DNA from: Eledone cirrhosa
Taxonomy: Eukaryota
Assembly: GCA_964016885.1 (NCBI GenBank)
Contig: OZ024744.1
Location: 21,576,001-21,640,000 of the forward strand
Length of the DNA: 64,000 bases
Reading direction: 5' to 3'
Positions 10,400-24,676 of this stretch are shown here, one piece after another (position 1 is the first letter of the stretch; each line of letters begins with the position of its first letter). The notes below the pieces were generated by a model. It had not been told where the DNA came from. It worked only from the letters and a program-made list of their open reading frames with translations, and ran no database searches. The position numbers were made by a program, and so were the translations under genes.

Positions 10400-13300
10400 A
10401 CATCTTCAGACAGTTAGAAGAGGTGACAGCAACAACAGCTATGACATCTTCAGACAGAAGACGTGACAGCCACAACAGCTATGACATCTTCAGACAGTTA
10501 GAAGAGGTGACAGGCACAACAGCTATGACATCTTTAGACAGTTAGAAGAGGTGACAGCCACAACAACTATGACATATTCAGACAGTTAGAAGAGGTGACA
10601 GGCACAACAGCTATGACATTTTCAGACAGTTAGAAGAGGTGACAGCCACAACAGCTATGACATCTTTAGATAGTTAGAAGACGTGACAGGAACAACAGCT
10701 ATGACATCTTCAGACAGTTTGAAGAGGTGACAGGCACAACAGCTATGACATCTTCAGACAGTTAGAAGAGGTGACAGCAACAACAGCTATGACATCTCCA
10801 GACAGTTAGAAGAGGTGACGAGCACAGCAGCTATGACATCTTTAGACAGTTAGAAGAGGTGACAGCCACAACAGCTATGACATCTTCAGACCGTTAGAAG
10901 AGGTGACAGGCACAACAGCTATGACATCTTCAGAGAGAAGAGGTGACAGGCACAACAGCTATGACATCTTCAGACAGTTAGAAGAGGTGACAGGCACAAC
11001 AGCTATGACATCTTCAGACAGTGAGAGGAGGTGACAGCCACAACAGCTATGACATCTTCAGACTGTTAGAAGAGGTGACAGCCACAACAGCTATGACATC
11101 TTCAGACAAAAGAGGTGACAGCCACAACAGCTATGACATCTTCAGAGAGAAGAGGTGACAGGCACAACAGCTATGACATCTTCAGACAGAAGAGGTGACA
11201 GACACAACAGCTATAACATCTTCAGACAGTTAGAAGAGGTGACAGGCACAACAGCTCTGTCATCTTCAGACAGTTAGAAGAGGTGACAGGCACAACATCT
11301 ATGACATCTTCAGACAGTTAGAAGAGGTGACAGCCACAACAGCTATGACTTCTTCAGACAGTTAGAAGAGGTGACAGCCAAAACAGCTATGAAATATTCA
11401 GACACAAGAGGTAACCGGCACAACAGCTATGCCATCTTCAGAGAGTTAGAAGAGGTGACAGCCACAACAGCTTTGACATCTTTAGACAGAAGAGGTGACA
11501 GCCACAACAGCTATGACATCTTCATACAGTTAGAAGAGGTGACAGCAACAACAGCTATGAGATCTTCAGACAGAAGAGGTGACAGCCACAACAGCTATGA
11601 CATCTTCAGACAGAAGAGGTGACAGCTACAACAGCTATGACATCTTCAGACAGTTAGAAGAGGTGACAGGCACAACAGCTATGACATCTTCAGACAGTTA
11701 GAAGAGGTGACAGCCACAACAGCTATGACATCTTTAGATAGTTAGAAGAGGTGACAGGAACAACAGCTATGACATCTTCAGACAGTTAGAAGAGGTGACA
11801 GGCACAACAGCTATGACATCTTCAGACAGTTAGAAGAGGTGACAGCAACAACAGCTATGACATCTTCAGACAGTTAGAAGAAGTGACAGGCACAGCAGCT
11901 ATGACATCTTTAGACAGTTAGAAGAGGTGACAGGCACAACAGCTATGACATCTTCAGAGAGAAGAGGTGACAGGCACAACAGCTATAACATCTTCAGACA
12001 GTTAGAAGAGGTGACAGGCACAACAGCTATGACATCTTCAGACAGTTAGAAGAGGTGACAGGCACAACAGCTATGACATCTTCAGACAGTTAGAAGAGGT
12101 GACAGCCACAACGGCTATGACTTCTTCAGACAGTTAGAAGAGGTGACAGTCACAACAGCTATGGCATCTTCAGACAGTTAGAAGAGGTGACAGCCACAAC
12201 AGCTTTGACATCTTTAGACAGAAGAGGTGACAGCCACAACAGCTATGACATCTTCAGACAGTTAGAAGAGGTGACAGGCACAACAGCTATGACATCTTTA
12301 GACAGTTAGAAGAGGTGACAGCCACAACAGCTATGACATATTCAGACAGTTAGAAGAGGTGACAGGCACAACAGCTTTGACATCTTCAGACAGTTAGAAG
12401 AGGTGACAGCCACAACAGCTATGACATCTTTAGAAAGTTAGAAGACGTGACAGGAACAACAGCTATGACATCTTCAGACAGTTTGAAGAGGTGACAGGCA
12501 CAACAGCTATGACATCTTCAGACAGTTAGAAGAGGTGACAGCAACAACAGCTATGACATCTCCAGACAGTTAGAAGAGGTGACGAGCACAGCAGCTATGA
12601 CATCTTTAGACAGTTAGAAGAGGTGACAGCCACAACAGCTATGACATCTTCAGACCGTTAGAAGAGGTGACAGGCACAACAGCTATGTCATCTTCAGAGA
12701 GAAGAGGTGACAGGCACAACAGCTATGACATCTTCAGACAGTTAGAAGAGGTGACAGGCACAACAGCTATGACATCTTCAGACAGTTAGAAGAGGTGACA
12801 GCCACAACAGCTATGACATCTTCAGACTGTTAGAAGAGGTGACAGCCACAACAGCTATGACATCTTCAGACAAAAGAGGTGACAGCCACAACAGCTATGA
12901 CATCTTCAGAGAGAAGAGGTGACAGGCACAACAGCTATGACATCTTCAGACAGAAGAGGTGACAGACACAACAGCTATAACATCTTCAGACAGTTAGAAG
13001 AGGTGACAGGCACAACAGCTCTGTCATCTTCAGACAGTTAGAAGAGGTGACAGGCACAACATCTATGACATCTTCAGACAGTTAGAAGAGGTGACAGCCA
13101 CAACAGCTATGACTTCTTCAGACAGTTAGAAGAGGTGACAGCCAAAACAGCTATGAAATATTCAGACAAAAGAGGTAACCGGCACAACAGCTATGCCATC
13201 TTCAGAGAGTTAGAAGAGGTGACAGCCACAACAGCTTTGACATCTTTAGACAGAAGAGGTGACAGCCACAACAGCTATGACATCTTCATACAGTTAGAAG

Positions 13301-15110
13301 AGGTGACAGCAACAACAGCTATGAGATCTTCAGACAGAAGAGGTGACAGCTACAACAACTATGACATCTTCAGACAGTTAGAAGAGGTAACAGGCACAAC
13401 AGCTATGACATCTTCAGACAGTTAGAAGAGGTGACAGCCACAACAGCTATGACATCTTTAGATAGTTAGAAGAGGTGACAGGAACAACAGCTATGACATC
13501 TTCAGACAGTTAGAAGAGGTGACAGGCACAACAGCTATGACATCTTCAGACAGTTAGAAGAGGTGACAGCAACAACAGCTATGACATCTTCAGACAGTTA
13601 GAAGAAGTGACAGGCACAGCAGCTATGACATCTTTAGACAGTTAGAAGAGGTGACAGCCACAACAGCTATGACATCTTCAGACCTTTAGAAGAGGTGACA
13701 GGCACAACAGCTATGACTTCTTCAGAGAGAAGAGGTGACAGGCACAACAGCTATATCATCTTCAGACAGTTAGAAGAGGTGACAGGCACAACAGCTATGA
13801 CATCTTCAGACAGTTAGAAGAGGTGACAGGCACAAGAGCTATGACATCTTCAGACAGTTATAAGAGGTGACAGCCACAACGGCTATGACTTCTTCAGACA
13901 GTTAGAAGCGGTGACAGTCACAACAGCTATGGCATCTTCAGACAGTTAGAAGAGGTGACAGCCACAACAGCTTTGACATCTTTAGACAGAAGAGGTGACA
14001 GCCACAACAGCTATGACATCTTCAGACAGTTAGAAGAGGTGACAGGCACAACAGCTATGACATCTTTAGACAGTTAGAAGAGGTGACAGCCACAACAGCT
14101 ATGACATATTCAGACAGTTAGAAGAGGTGACAGGCACAACAGCTATGACATCTTCAGACAGTTAGAAGAGGTGACAGCCACAACAGCTATGACATCTTTA
14201 GATAGTTAGAAGACGTGACAGGAACAACAGCTATGACATCTTCAGACAGTTTGAAGAGGTGACAGGCACAACAGCTATGACATCTTCAGACAGTTAGAAG
14301 AGGTGACAGCAACAACAGCTATGACATCTCCAGACAGTTAGAAGAGGTGACGAGCACAGCAGCTATGACATCTTTAGACAGTTAGAAGAGGTGACAGCCA
14401 CAACAGCTATGCCATCTTCAGACCGTTAGAAGAGGTGACAGGCACAACAGCTATGACATCTTCAGAGAGAAGAGGTGACAGGCACAACAGCTATGACATC
14501 TTCAGACAGTTAGAAGAGGTGACAGGCACAACAGCTATGACATCTTCAGACAGTTAGAAGAGGTGACAGCCACAACAGCTATGACATCTTCAGACTGTTA
14601 GAAGAGGTGACAGCCACAACAGCTATGACATCTTCAGACAAAAGAGGTGACAGCCACAACAGCTATGACATCTTCAGAGAGAAGAGGTGACAGGCACAAC
14701 AGCTATGACATCTTCAGACAGAAGAGGTGACAGACACAACAGCTATAACATCTTCAGACAGTTAGAAGAGGTGACAGGCACAACAGCTCTGTCATCTTCA
14801 GACAGTTAGAAGAGGTGACAGGCACAACATCTATGACATCTTCAGACAGTTAGAAGAGGTGACAGCCACAACAGCTATGACATCTTCAGACAGTTAGAAG
14901 AGGTGACAGCCAAAACAGCTATGAAATATTCAGACAAAAGAGGTAACCGGCACAACAGCTATGCCATCTTCAGAGAGTTAGAAGAGGTGACAGCCACAAC
15001 AGCTTTGACATCTTTCGACAGAAGAGGTGACAGCCACAACAGCTATGACATCTTCAGACAGTTAGAAGAGGTGACAGCCACAACAGCTATGACATCTTTA
15101 GACAGTTAGA
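10400..15110. repeat. About three tandem copies of a 1,764-1,768 bp unit (about 41 monomers)
   Basis: The GACGAGCAC variant lies at 10820, 12584 and 14352. ORFs carrying GGTAACCGG start at 11371, 13135 and 14903 (spacings 1764 and 1768). 1764 = 31x44 + 10x40. The first copy is partial. Confidence 0.85.
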
Positions 15111-16299
15111 AGAGGTGACAGGAACAACAGCTATGATATCTTCAGACAGTTAGAAGAGGTGACAGGCACAACAGCTATGACATCTTCAGACAGAAGAGGT
15201 GACAGCCACAACAGCTATGACATCTTCAGAGAGAAGAGGTGACAGGCACAACAGCTATGATATCTTCAGACAGAAGAGGTGACAGACACAACAGCTATAA
15301 CATCTTCAGACAGTTAGAAGAGGTGACAGGCACAACAGCTCTGTCATCTTCAGACAGTTAGAAGAGGTGACAGGCACAACATCTATGACATCTTCAGACA
15401 GTTAGAAGAGGTGACAGCCACAACAGCTATGACATCTTTAGATAGTTAGAAGACGTGACAGGAACAACATCTATGACATCTTCAGACAGTTAGAAGAGGT
15501 GACAGGCACAACAGCTATGACATCTTCAGACAGTTAGAAGAGGTGACAGCAACAACAGCTATGACATCTTCAGACAGTTAGAAGAGGTGACAGGCACAGC
15601 AGCTATGACATCTTTAGACAGTTAGAAGAGGTGACAGCCACAACAGCTATGACATTTTCAGAGAGAAGAGGTGACAGGCACAACAGCTATGACATCTACA
15701 GACAGTTAGAAGAGGTGACAGGCACAACAGCTATGACATCTTCAGACAGTGAGAGGAGGTGACAGGCACAACAGCTATGACATCTTCAGACTGTTAGAAG
15801 AGGTGACAGCCACAACAGCTATGACATCTTCAGACAAAAGAGGTGACAGCCACAATAGCTATGACATCTTCAGAGAGAAGAGGTGACAGGCACAACAGCT
15901 ATGACATCTTCAGACAGAAGAGGTGACAGACACAACAGCTATAACATCTTCAGACAGTTAGAAGAGGTGACAGGCACAACAGCTCTGTCATCTTCAGACA
16001 GTTAGAAGAGGTGACAGGCACAACATCTATGACATCTTCAGACAGTTAGAAGAGGTGACAGCCACAACAGCTATGACTTCTTCAGACAGTTAGAAGAGGT
16101 GACAGCCAAAACAGCTATGAAATATTCAGACAAAAGAGGTAACAGGCACAACAGCTATGCCATCTTCAGAGAGTTAGAAGAGGTGACAGCCACAACAGCT
16201 TTGACATCTTTAGACAGAAGAGGTGACAGCCACAACAGCTATGACATCTTCAGACAGTTAGAAGAGGTGACAGCCACAACAGCTATGACATCTTTAGAC

Positions 16300-19200
16300 A
16301 GTTAGAAGAGGTGACAGGAACAACAGCTATGATATCTTCAGACAGTTAGAAGAGGTGACAGGCACAACAGCTATGACATCTTCAGACAGAAGAGGTGACA
16401 GCCACAACAGCTATGACATCTTCAGAGAGAAGAGGTGACAGGCACAACAGCTATGACATCTTCAGACAGAAGAGGTGACAGACACAACAGCTATAACATC
16501 TTCAGACAGTTAGAAGAGGTGACAGGCACAACAGCTATGACATCTTCAGACAGTTAGAAGAGGTGACAGCCACAACAGCTATGACATCTTCAGACAGTTA
16601 AAAGAGGTGACAGGCACAACAGCTGTGACATCTTCAGACAGTTAGAAGAGGTGACAGCCACAACAGCTATGACATCTTCAGACAGTTAGAAGAGGTGACA
16701 GGCACAACAGCTATGACATCTTCATACAGTTAGAAGAGGTGACAGCAACAACAGCTATAAGATCTTCAGACAGAAGAGGTGACAGCCACAACAGCTATGA
16801 CATCTTCAGACAGAAGAGGTGACAGCTACAACAGCTATGACATCTTCAGACAATTAGAAGAGGTGACAGCCACAACAGCTATGACTTCTTCAGACAGTTA
16901 GAAGAGGTGGCAGCCAAAACAGCTATGACATCTTCAGACAGTTAGAAGAGGTGACAGGCACAGCAGCTATGACATCTTTAGACAGTTAGAAGAGGTGACA
17001 GCCACAACAGCTATGACATCTTCAGACCGTTAGAAGAGGTGACAGGCACAACAGCTTTGACATCTTCAGACCGTTAGAAGAGGTGACAGGCACAACAGCT
17101 ATGACATCTTCAGACAGTTAGAAGAGGTGACAGCCACAACAGCTATGACATCTTCAGACAGTTAGAAGAGGTGACAGCAACAACAGCTATGACATCTTCA
17201 GACAGAAGAGGTGACAGCCACAACAGCTATGACATCTTCAGACAGTTAGAAGAGGTGACAGCCACAACAGCTATGACTTCTTCAGACAGTTAGAAGAGGT
17301 GACAGCCAAAACAGCTATGAAATATTCAGACAAAAGAGGTAACAGGCACAACAGCTATGCCATCTTCAGAGAGTTAGAAGAGGTGACAGCCACAACAGCT
17401 ATGACATCTTCAGACAGTTAGAAGAGGTGACAGCCACAACAGCTTTGACATCTTTAGACAGAAGAGGTGACAGCCACAACAGCTATGACATCTTCAGACA
17501 GTTAGAAGAGGTGACAGCCACAACAGCTATGACATCTTTAGACAGTTAGAAGAGGTGACAGGCACAACAGCTATGACATCTTTAGACAGTTAGAAGAGGT
17601 GACAGGAACAACAGCTATGATATCTTCAGACAGTTAGAAGAGGTGACAGGCACAACAGCTATGACATCTTCAGACAGTTAGAAGAGGTGATAGGCACAAC
17701 AGCTATGACATCTTCAGACAGTTAGAAGAGGTGACAGCAACAACAGCTATGACATCTTCAGACAGAAGAGGTGACAGCCACAACAGCTATGACATCTTCA
17801 GACAGTTAGAAGAGGTGACAGGCACAACAGCTATGACATCTTTAGACAGTTAGAAGAGGTTACAGCCACAACAGCTATGACATATTCAGACAGTTAGAAG
17901 AGGTGACAGGCACAACAGCTATGACATCTTCAGACAGTTAGAAGAGGTGACAGCCACAACAGCTATGACATCTTTAGATAGTTAGAAGACGTGACAGGAA
18001 CAACAGCTATGACATCTTCAGACAGTTAGAAGAGGTGACGGGCACAACAGCTATGACATCTTCAGACAGTTAGAAGAGGTGACAGCAACAACAGCTATGA
18101 CATCTTCAGACAGTTAGAAGAGGTGACAGGCACAGCAGCTATGACATCTTTAGACAGTTAGAAGAGGTGACAGCCACAACAGCTATGACATCTTCAGAGC
18201 GTTAGAGAAGGTGACAGGCACAACAGCTATGACATCTTCAGAGAGAAGAGGTGACAGGCACAACAGCTATGACATCTTCAGACAGTTAGAAGAGGTGACA
18301 GGCACAACAGCTATGACATCTTCAGACAGTGAGAGGAGGTGACAGCCACAACAGCTATGACATCTTCAGACTGTTAGAAGAGGTGACAGCCACAACAGCT
18401 ATGACATCTTCAGACAAAAGAGGTGACAGCCACAACAGCTATGACATCTTCAGAGAGAAGAGGTGACAGGCACAACAGCTATGACATCTTCAGACAGAAG
18501 AGGTGACAGACACAACAGCTATAACATCTTCAGACAGTTAGAAGAGGTGACAGGCACAACAGCTCTGTCATCTTCAGACAGTTAGAAGAGGTGACAGGCA
18601 CAACATCTATGACATCTTCAGACAATTAGAAGAGGTGACAGCCACAACAGCTATGACTTCTTCAGACAGTTAGAAGAGGTGACAGCCAAAACAGCTATGA
18701 CATCTTCAGACAGTTAGAAGAGGTGACAGGCACAGCAGCTATGACATCTTTAGACAGTTAGAAGAGGTGACAGCCACAACAGCTATGACATCTTCAGACC
18801 GTTAGAAGAGGTGACAGGCACAACAGCTATGACATCTTCAGACCGTTAGAAGAGGTGACAGGCACAACAGCTATGACATCTTCAGACAGTTAGAAGAGGT
18901 GACAGCCACAACAGCTATGACATCTTTAGACAGTTAGAAGAGGTGACAGGAACAACAGCTATGACATCTTCAGACAGAAGAGGTGACAGCCACAACATCT
19001 ATGACATCTTCAGAGAGAAGAGGTGACAGGCACAACAGCTATGATATCTTCAGACAGAAGAGGTGACAGACACAACAGCTATAACATCTTCAGACAGTTA
19101 GAAGAGGTGACAGGCACAACAGCTCTGTCATCTTCAGACAGTTAGAAGAGGTGACAGGCACAACATCTATGACATCTTCAGACAGTTAGAAGAGGTGACA

Positions 19201-22200
19201 GCCACAACAGCTATGACATCTTTAGATAGTTAGAAGACGTGACAGGAACAACATCTATGACATCTTCAGACAGTTAGAAGAGGTGACAGGCACAACAGCT
19301 ATGACATCTTCAGACAGTTAGAAGAGGTGACAGCAACAACAGCTATGACATCTTCAGACAGTTAGAAGAGGTGACAGGCACAGCAGCTATGTCATCTTTA
19401 GACAGTTAGAAGAGGTGACAGCCACAACAGCTATGACATCTTCAGACCGTTAGAAGAGGTGACAGGCACAACAGCTATGACATCTTCAGAGAGAAGAGGT
19501 GACAGGCACAACAGCTATGACATCTACAGACAGTTAGAAGAGGTGACAGGCACAACAGCTATGACATCTTCAGACAGTGAGAGGAGGTGACAGGCACAAC
19601 AGCTATGACATCTTCAGACTGTTAGAAGAGGTGACAGCCACAACAGCTATGACATCTTCAGACAAAAGAGGTGACAGCCACAATAGCTATGACATCTTCA
19701 GAGAGAAGAGGTGACAGGCACAACAGCTATGACATCTTCAGACAGAAGAGGTGACAGACACAACAGCTATAACATCTTCAGACAGTTAGAAGAGGTGACA
19801 GGCACAACAGCTCTGTCATCTTCAGACAGTTAGAAGAGGTGACAGCCACAACAGCTATGATTTCTTCAGACAGTTAGAAGAGGTGACAGCCACAACAGTT
19901 ATGAAATATTCAGACAAAAGAGGTAACAGGCACAAGAGCTATGCCATCTTCAGAGAGTTAGAAGAGGTGACAGGCACAAGAGCTATGGCATCTTCAGACA
20001 GAAGAGGTGACAGCCACAACAGCTATGACATCTTCAGACAGTTAGAAGAGGTGACAGGCACAACAGCTATGACATCTTCAGACAGTTAGAAGAGGTGACA
20101 GCCACAACAGCTATGACATCTTCAGACAGTTAAAAGAGGTGACAGGCACAACAGCTATGACATCTTTAGACAGTTAGAAGTGGTGACAGGATCAACAGCT
20201 ATGACATCTTCAGACAGTTAGAAGAGGTGACAGGCACAACAGCTATGACATCTTCATACAGTTAGAAGAGGTGACAGCAACAACAGCTATGAGATCTTCA
20301 GACAGAAGAGGTGACAGCCACAACAGCTATGACATCTTCAGACAGAAGAGGTGACAGCTACAACAGCTATGACATCTTCAGACAGTTAGAAGAGGTGACA
20401 GGCACCACAGCTATGACATCTTCAGACAGTTAGAAGAGGTGACAGCCACAACAGCTATGACATCTTTAGATAGTTAGAAGAGGTGACAGGAACAACAGCT
20501 ATGATATCTTCAGACAGTTAGAAGAGGTGACAGGCACAACAGCTATGACATCTTCAGACAGAAGAGGTGACAGCCACAACAGCTATGACATCTTCAGAGA
20601 GAAGAGGTGACAGGCACAACAGCTATGACATCTTCAGACAGAAGAGGTGACAGACACAACAGCTATAACATCTTCAGACAGTTAGAAGAGGTGACAGGCA
20701 CAACAGCTATGACATCTTCAGACAGTTAGAAGAGGTGACAGCCACAACAGCTATGACATCTTCAGACAGTTAAAAGAGGTGACAGGCACAACAGCTGTGA
20801 CATCTTCAGACAGTTAGAAGAGGTGACAGCCACAACAGCTATGACATCTTCAGACAGTTAGAAGAGGTGACAGGCACAACAGCTATGACATCTTCATACA
20901 GTTAGAAGAGGTGACAGCAACAACAGCTATAAGATCTTCAGACAGAAGAGGTGACAGCCACAACAGCTATGACATCTTCAGACAGAAGAGGTGACAGCTA
21001 CAACAGCTATGACATCTTCAGACAATTAGAAGAGGTGACAGCCACAACAGCTATGACTTCTTCAGACAGTTAGAAGAGGTGGCAGCCAAAACAGCTATGA
21101 CATCTTCAGACAGTTAGAAGAGGTGACAGGCACAGCAGCTATGACATCTTTAGACAGTTAGAAGAGGTGACAGCCACAACAGCTATGACATCTTCAGACC
21201 GTTAGAAGAGGTGACAGGCACAACAGCTTTGACATCTTCAGACCGTTAGAAGAGGTGACAGGCACAACAGCTATGACATCTTCAGACAGTTAGAAGAGGT
21301 GACAGCCACAACAGCTATGACATCTTCAGACAGTTAGAAGAGGTGACAGCAACAACAGCTATGACATCTTCAGACAGAAGAGGTGACAGCCACAACAGCT
21401 ATGACATCTTCAGACAGTTAGAAGAGGTGACAGCCACAACAGCTATGACTTCTTCAGACAGTTAGAAGAGGTGACAGCCAAAACAGCTATGAAATATTCA
21501 GACAAAAGAGGTAACAGGCACAACAGCTATGCCATCTTCAGAGAGTTAGAAGAGGTGACAGCCACAACAGCTATGACATCTTCAGACAGTTAGAAGAGGT
21601 GACAGCCACAACAGCTTTGACATCTTTAGACAGAAGAGGTGACAGCCACAACAGCTATGACATCTTCAGACAGTTAGAAGAGGTGACAGCCACAACAGCT
21701 ATGACATCTTTAGACAGTTAGAAGAGGTGACAGGCACAACAGCTATGACATCTTTAGACAGTTAGAAGAGGTGACAGGAACAACAGCTATGATATCTTCA
21801 GACAGTTAGAAGAGGTGACAGGCACAACAGCTATGACATCTTCAGACAGTTAGAAGAGGTGATAGGCACAACAGCTATGACATCTTCAGACAGTTAGAAG
21901 AGGTGACAGCAACAACAGCTATGACATCTTCAGACAGAAGAGGTGACAGCCACAACAGCTATGACATCTTCAGACAGTTAGAAGAGGTGACAGGCACAAC
22001 AGCTATGACATCTTTAGACAGTTAGAAGAGGTTACAGCCACAACAGCTATGACATATTCAGACAGTTAGAAGAGGTGACAGGCACAACAGCTATGACATC
22101 TTCAGACAGTTAGAAGAGGTGACAGCCACAACAGCTATGACATCTTTAGATAGTTAGAAGACGTGACAGGAACAACAGCTATGACATCTTCAGACAGTTA

Positions 22201-24676
22201 GAAGAGGTGACGGGCACAACAGCTATGACATCTTCAGACAGTTAGAAGAGGTGACAGCAACAACAGCTATGACATCTTCAGACAGTTAGAAGAGGTGACA
22301 GGCACAGCAGCTATGACATCTTTAGACAGTTAGAAGAGGTGACAGCCACAACAGCTATGACATCTTCAGAGCGTTAGAGAAGGTGACAGGCACAACAGCT
22401 ATGACATCTTCAGAGAGAAGAGGTGACAGGCACAACAGCTATGACATCTTCAGACAGTTAGAAGAGGTGACAGGCACAACAGCTATGACATCTTCAGACA
22501 GTGAGAGGAGGTGACAGCCACAACAGCTATGACATCTTCAGACTGTTAGAAGAGGTGACAGCCACAACAGCTATGACATCTTCAGACAAAAGAGGTGACA
22601 GCCACAACAGCTATGACATCTTCAGAGAGAAGAGGTGACAGGCACAACAGCTATGACATCTTCAGACAGAAGAGGTGACAGACACAACAGCTATAACATC
22701 TTCAGACAGTTAGAAGAGGTGACAGGCACAACAGCTCTGTCATCTTCAGACAGTTAGAAGAGGTGACAGGCACAACATCTATGACATCTTCAGACAATTA
22801 GAAGAGGTGACAGCCACAACAGCTATGACTTCTTCAGACAGTTAGAAGAGGTGACAGCCAAAACAGCTATGACATCTTCAGACAGTTAGAAGAGGTGACA
22901 GGCACAGCAGCTATGACATCTTTAGACAGTTAGAAGAGGTGACAGCCACAACAGCTATGACATCTTCAGACCGTTAGAAGAGGTGACAGGCACAACAGCT
23001 ATGACATCTTCAGACCGTTAGAAGAGGTGACAGGCACAACAGCTATGACATCTTCAGACAGTTAGAAGAGGTGACAGCCACAACAGCTATGACATCTTTA
23101 GACAGTTAGAAGAGGTGACAGGAACAACAGCTATGACATCTTCAGACAGAAGAGGTGACAGCCACAACATCTATGACATCTTCAGAGAGAAGAGGTGACA
23201 GGCACAACAGCTATGATATCTTCAGACAGAAGAGGTGACAGACACAACAGCTATAACATCTTCAGACAGTTAGAAGAGGTGACAGGCACAACAGCTCTGT
23301 CATCTTCAGACAGTTAGAAGAGGTGACAGGCACAACATCTATGACATCTTCAGACAGTTAGAAGAGGTGACAGCCACAACAGCTATGACATCTTTAGATA
23401 GTTAGAAGACGTGACAGGAACAACATCTATGACATCTTCAGACAGTTAGAAGAGGTGACAGGCACAACAGCTATGACATCTTCAGACAGTTAGAAGAGGT
23501 GACAGCAACAACAGCTATGACATCTTCAGACAGTTAGAAGAGGTGACAGGCACAGCAGCTATGTCATCTTTAGACAGTTAGAAGAGGTGACAGCCACAAC
23601 AGCTATGACATCTTCAGACCGTTAGAAGAGGTGACAGGCACAACAGCTATGACATCTTCAGAGAGAAGAGGTGACAGGCACAACAGCTATGACATCTACA
23701 GACAGTTAGAAGAGGTGACAGGCACAACAGCTATGACATCTTCAGACAGTGAGAGGAGGTGACAGGCACAACAGCTATGACATCTTCAGACTGTTAGAAG
23801 AGGTGACAGCCACAACAGCTATGACATCTTCAGACAAAAGAGGTGACAGCCACAATAGCTATGACATCTTCAGAGAGAAGAGGTGACAGGCACAACAGCT
23901 ATGACATCTTCAGACAGAAGAGGTGACAGACACAACAGCTATAACATCTTCAGACAGTTAGAAGAGGTGACAGGCACAACAGCTCTGTCATCTTCAGACA
24001 GTTAGAAGAGGTGACAGCCACAACAGCTATGATTTCTTCAGACAGTTAGAAGAGGTGACAGCCACAACAGTTATGAAATATTCAGACAAAAGAGGTAACA
24101 GGCACAAGAGCTATGCCATCTTCAGAGAGTTAGAAGAGGTGACAGGCACAAGAGCTATGGCATCTTCAGACAGAAGAGGTGACAGCCACAACAGCTATGA
24201 CATCTTCAGACAGTTAGAAGAGGTGACAGGCACAACAGCTATGACATCTTCAGACAGTTAGAAGAGGTGACAGCCACAACAGCTATGACATCTTCAGACA
24301 GTTAAAAGAGGTGACAGGCACAACAGCTATGACATCTTTAGACAGTTAGAAGTGGTGACAGGATCAACAGCTATGACATCTTCAGACAGTTAGAAGAGGT
24401 GACAGGCACAACAGCTATGACATCTTCATACAGTTAGAAGAGGTGACAGCAACAACAGCTATGAGATCTTCAGACAGAAGAGGTGACAGCCACAACAGCT
24501 ATGACATCTTCAGACAGAAGAGGTGACAGCTACAACAGCTATGACATCTTCAGACAGTTAGAAGAGGTGACAGGCACCACAGCTATGACATCTTCAGACA
24601 GTTAGAAGAGGTGACAGCCACAACAGCTATGACATCTTTAGATAGTTAGAAGAGGTGACAGGAACAACAGCTATGA
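16300..24676. repeat. Tandem duplication of a 4,172 bp block (junction within about 20472-20504)
   Basis: ORFs 19883/24055, GTTAGAGAAGG at 18201/22373 and TGGTGACAGGATC at 20181/24353 all share offset 4172. Confidence 0.92.
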
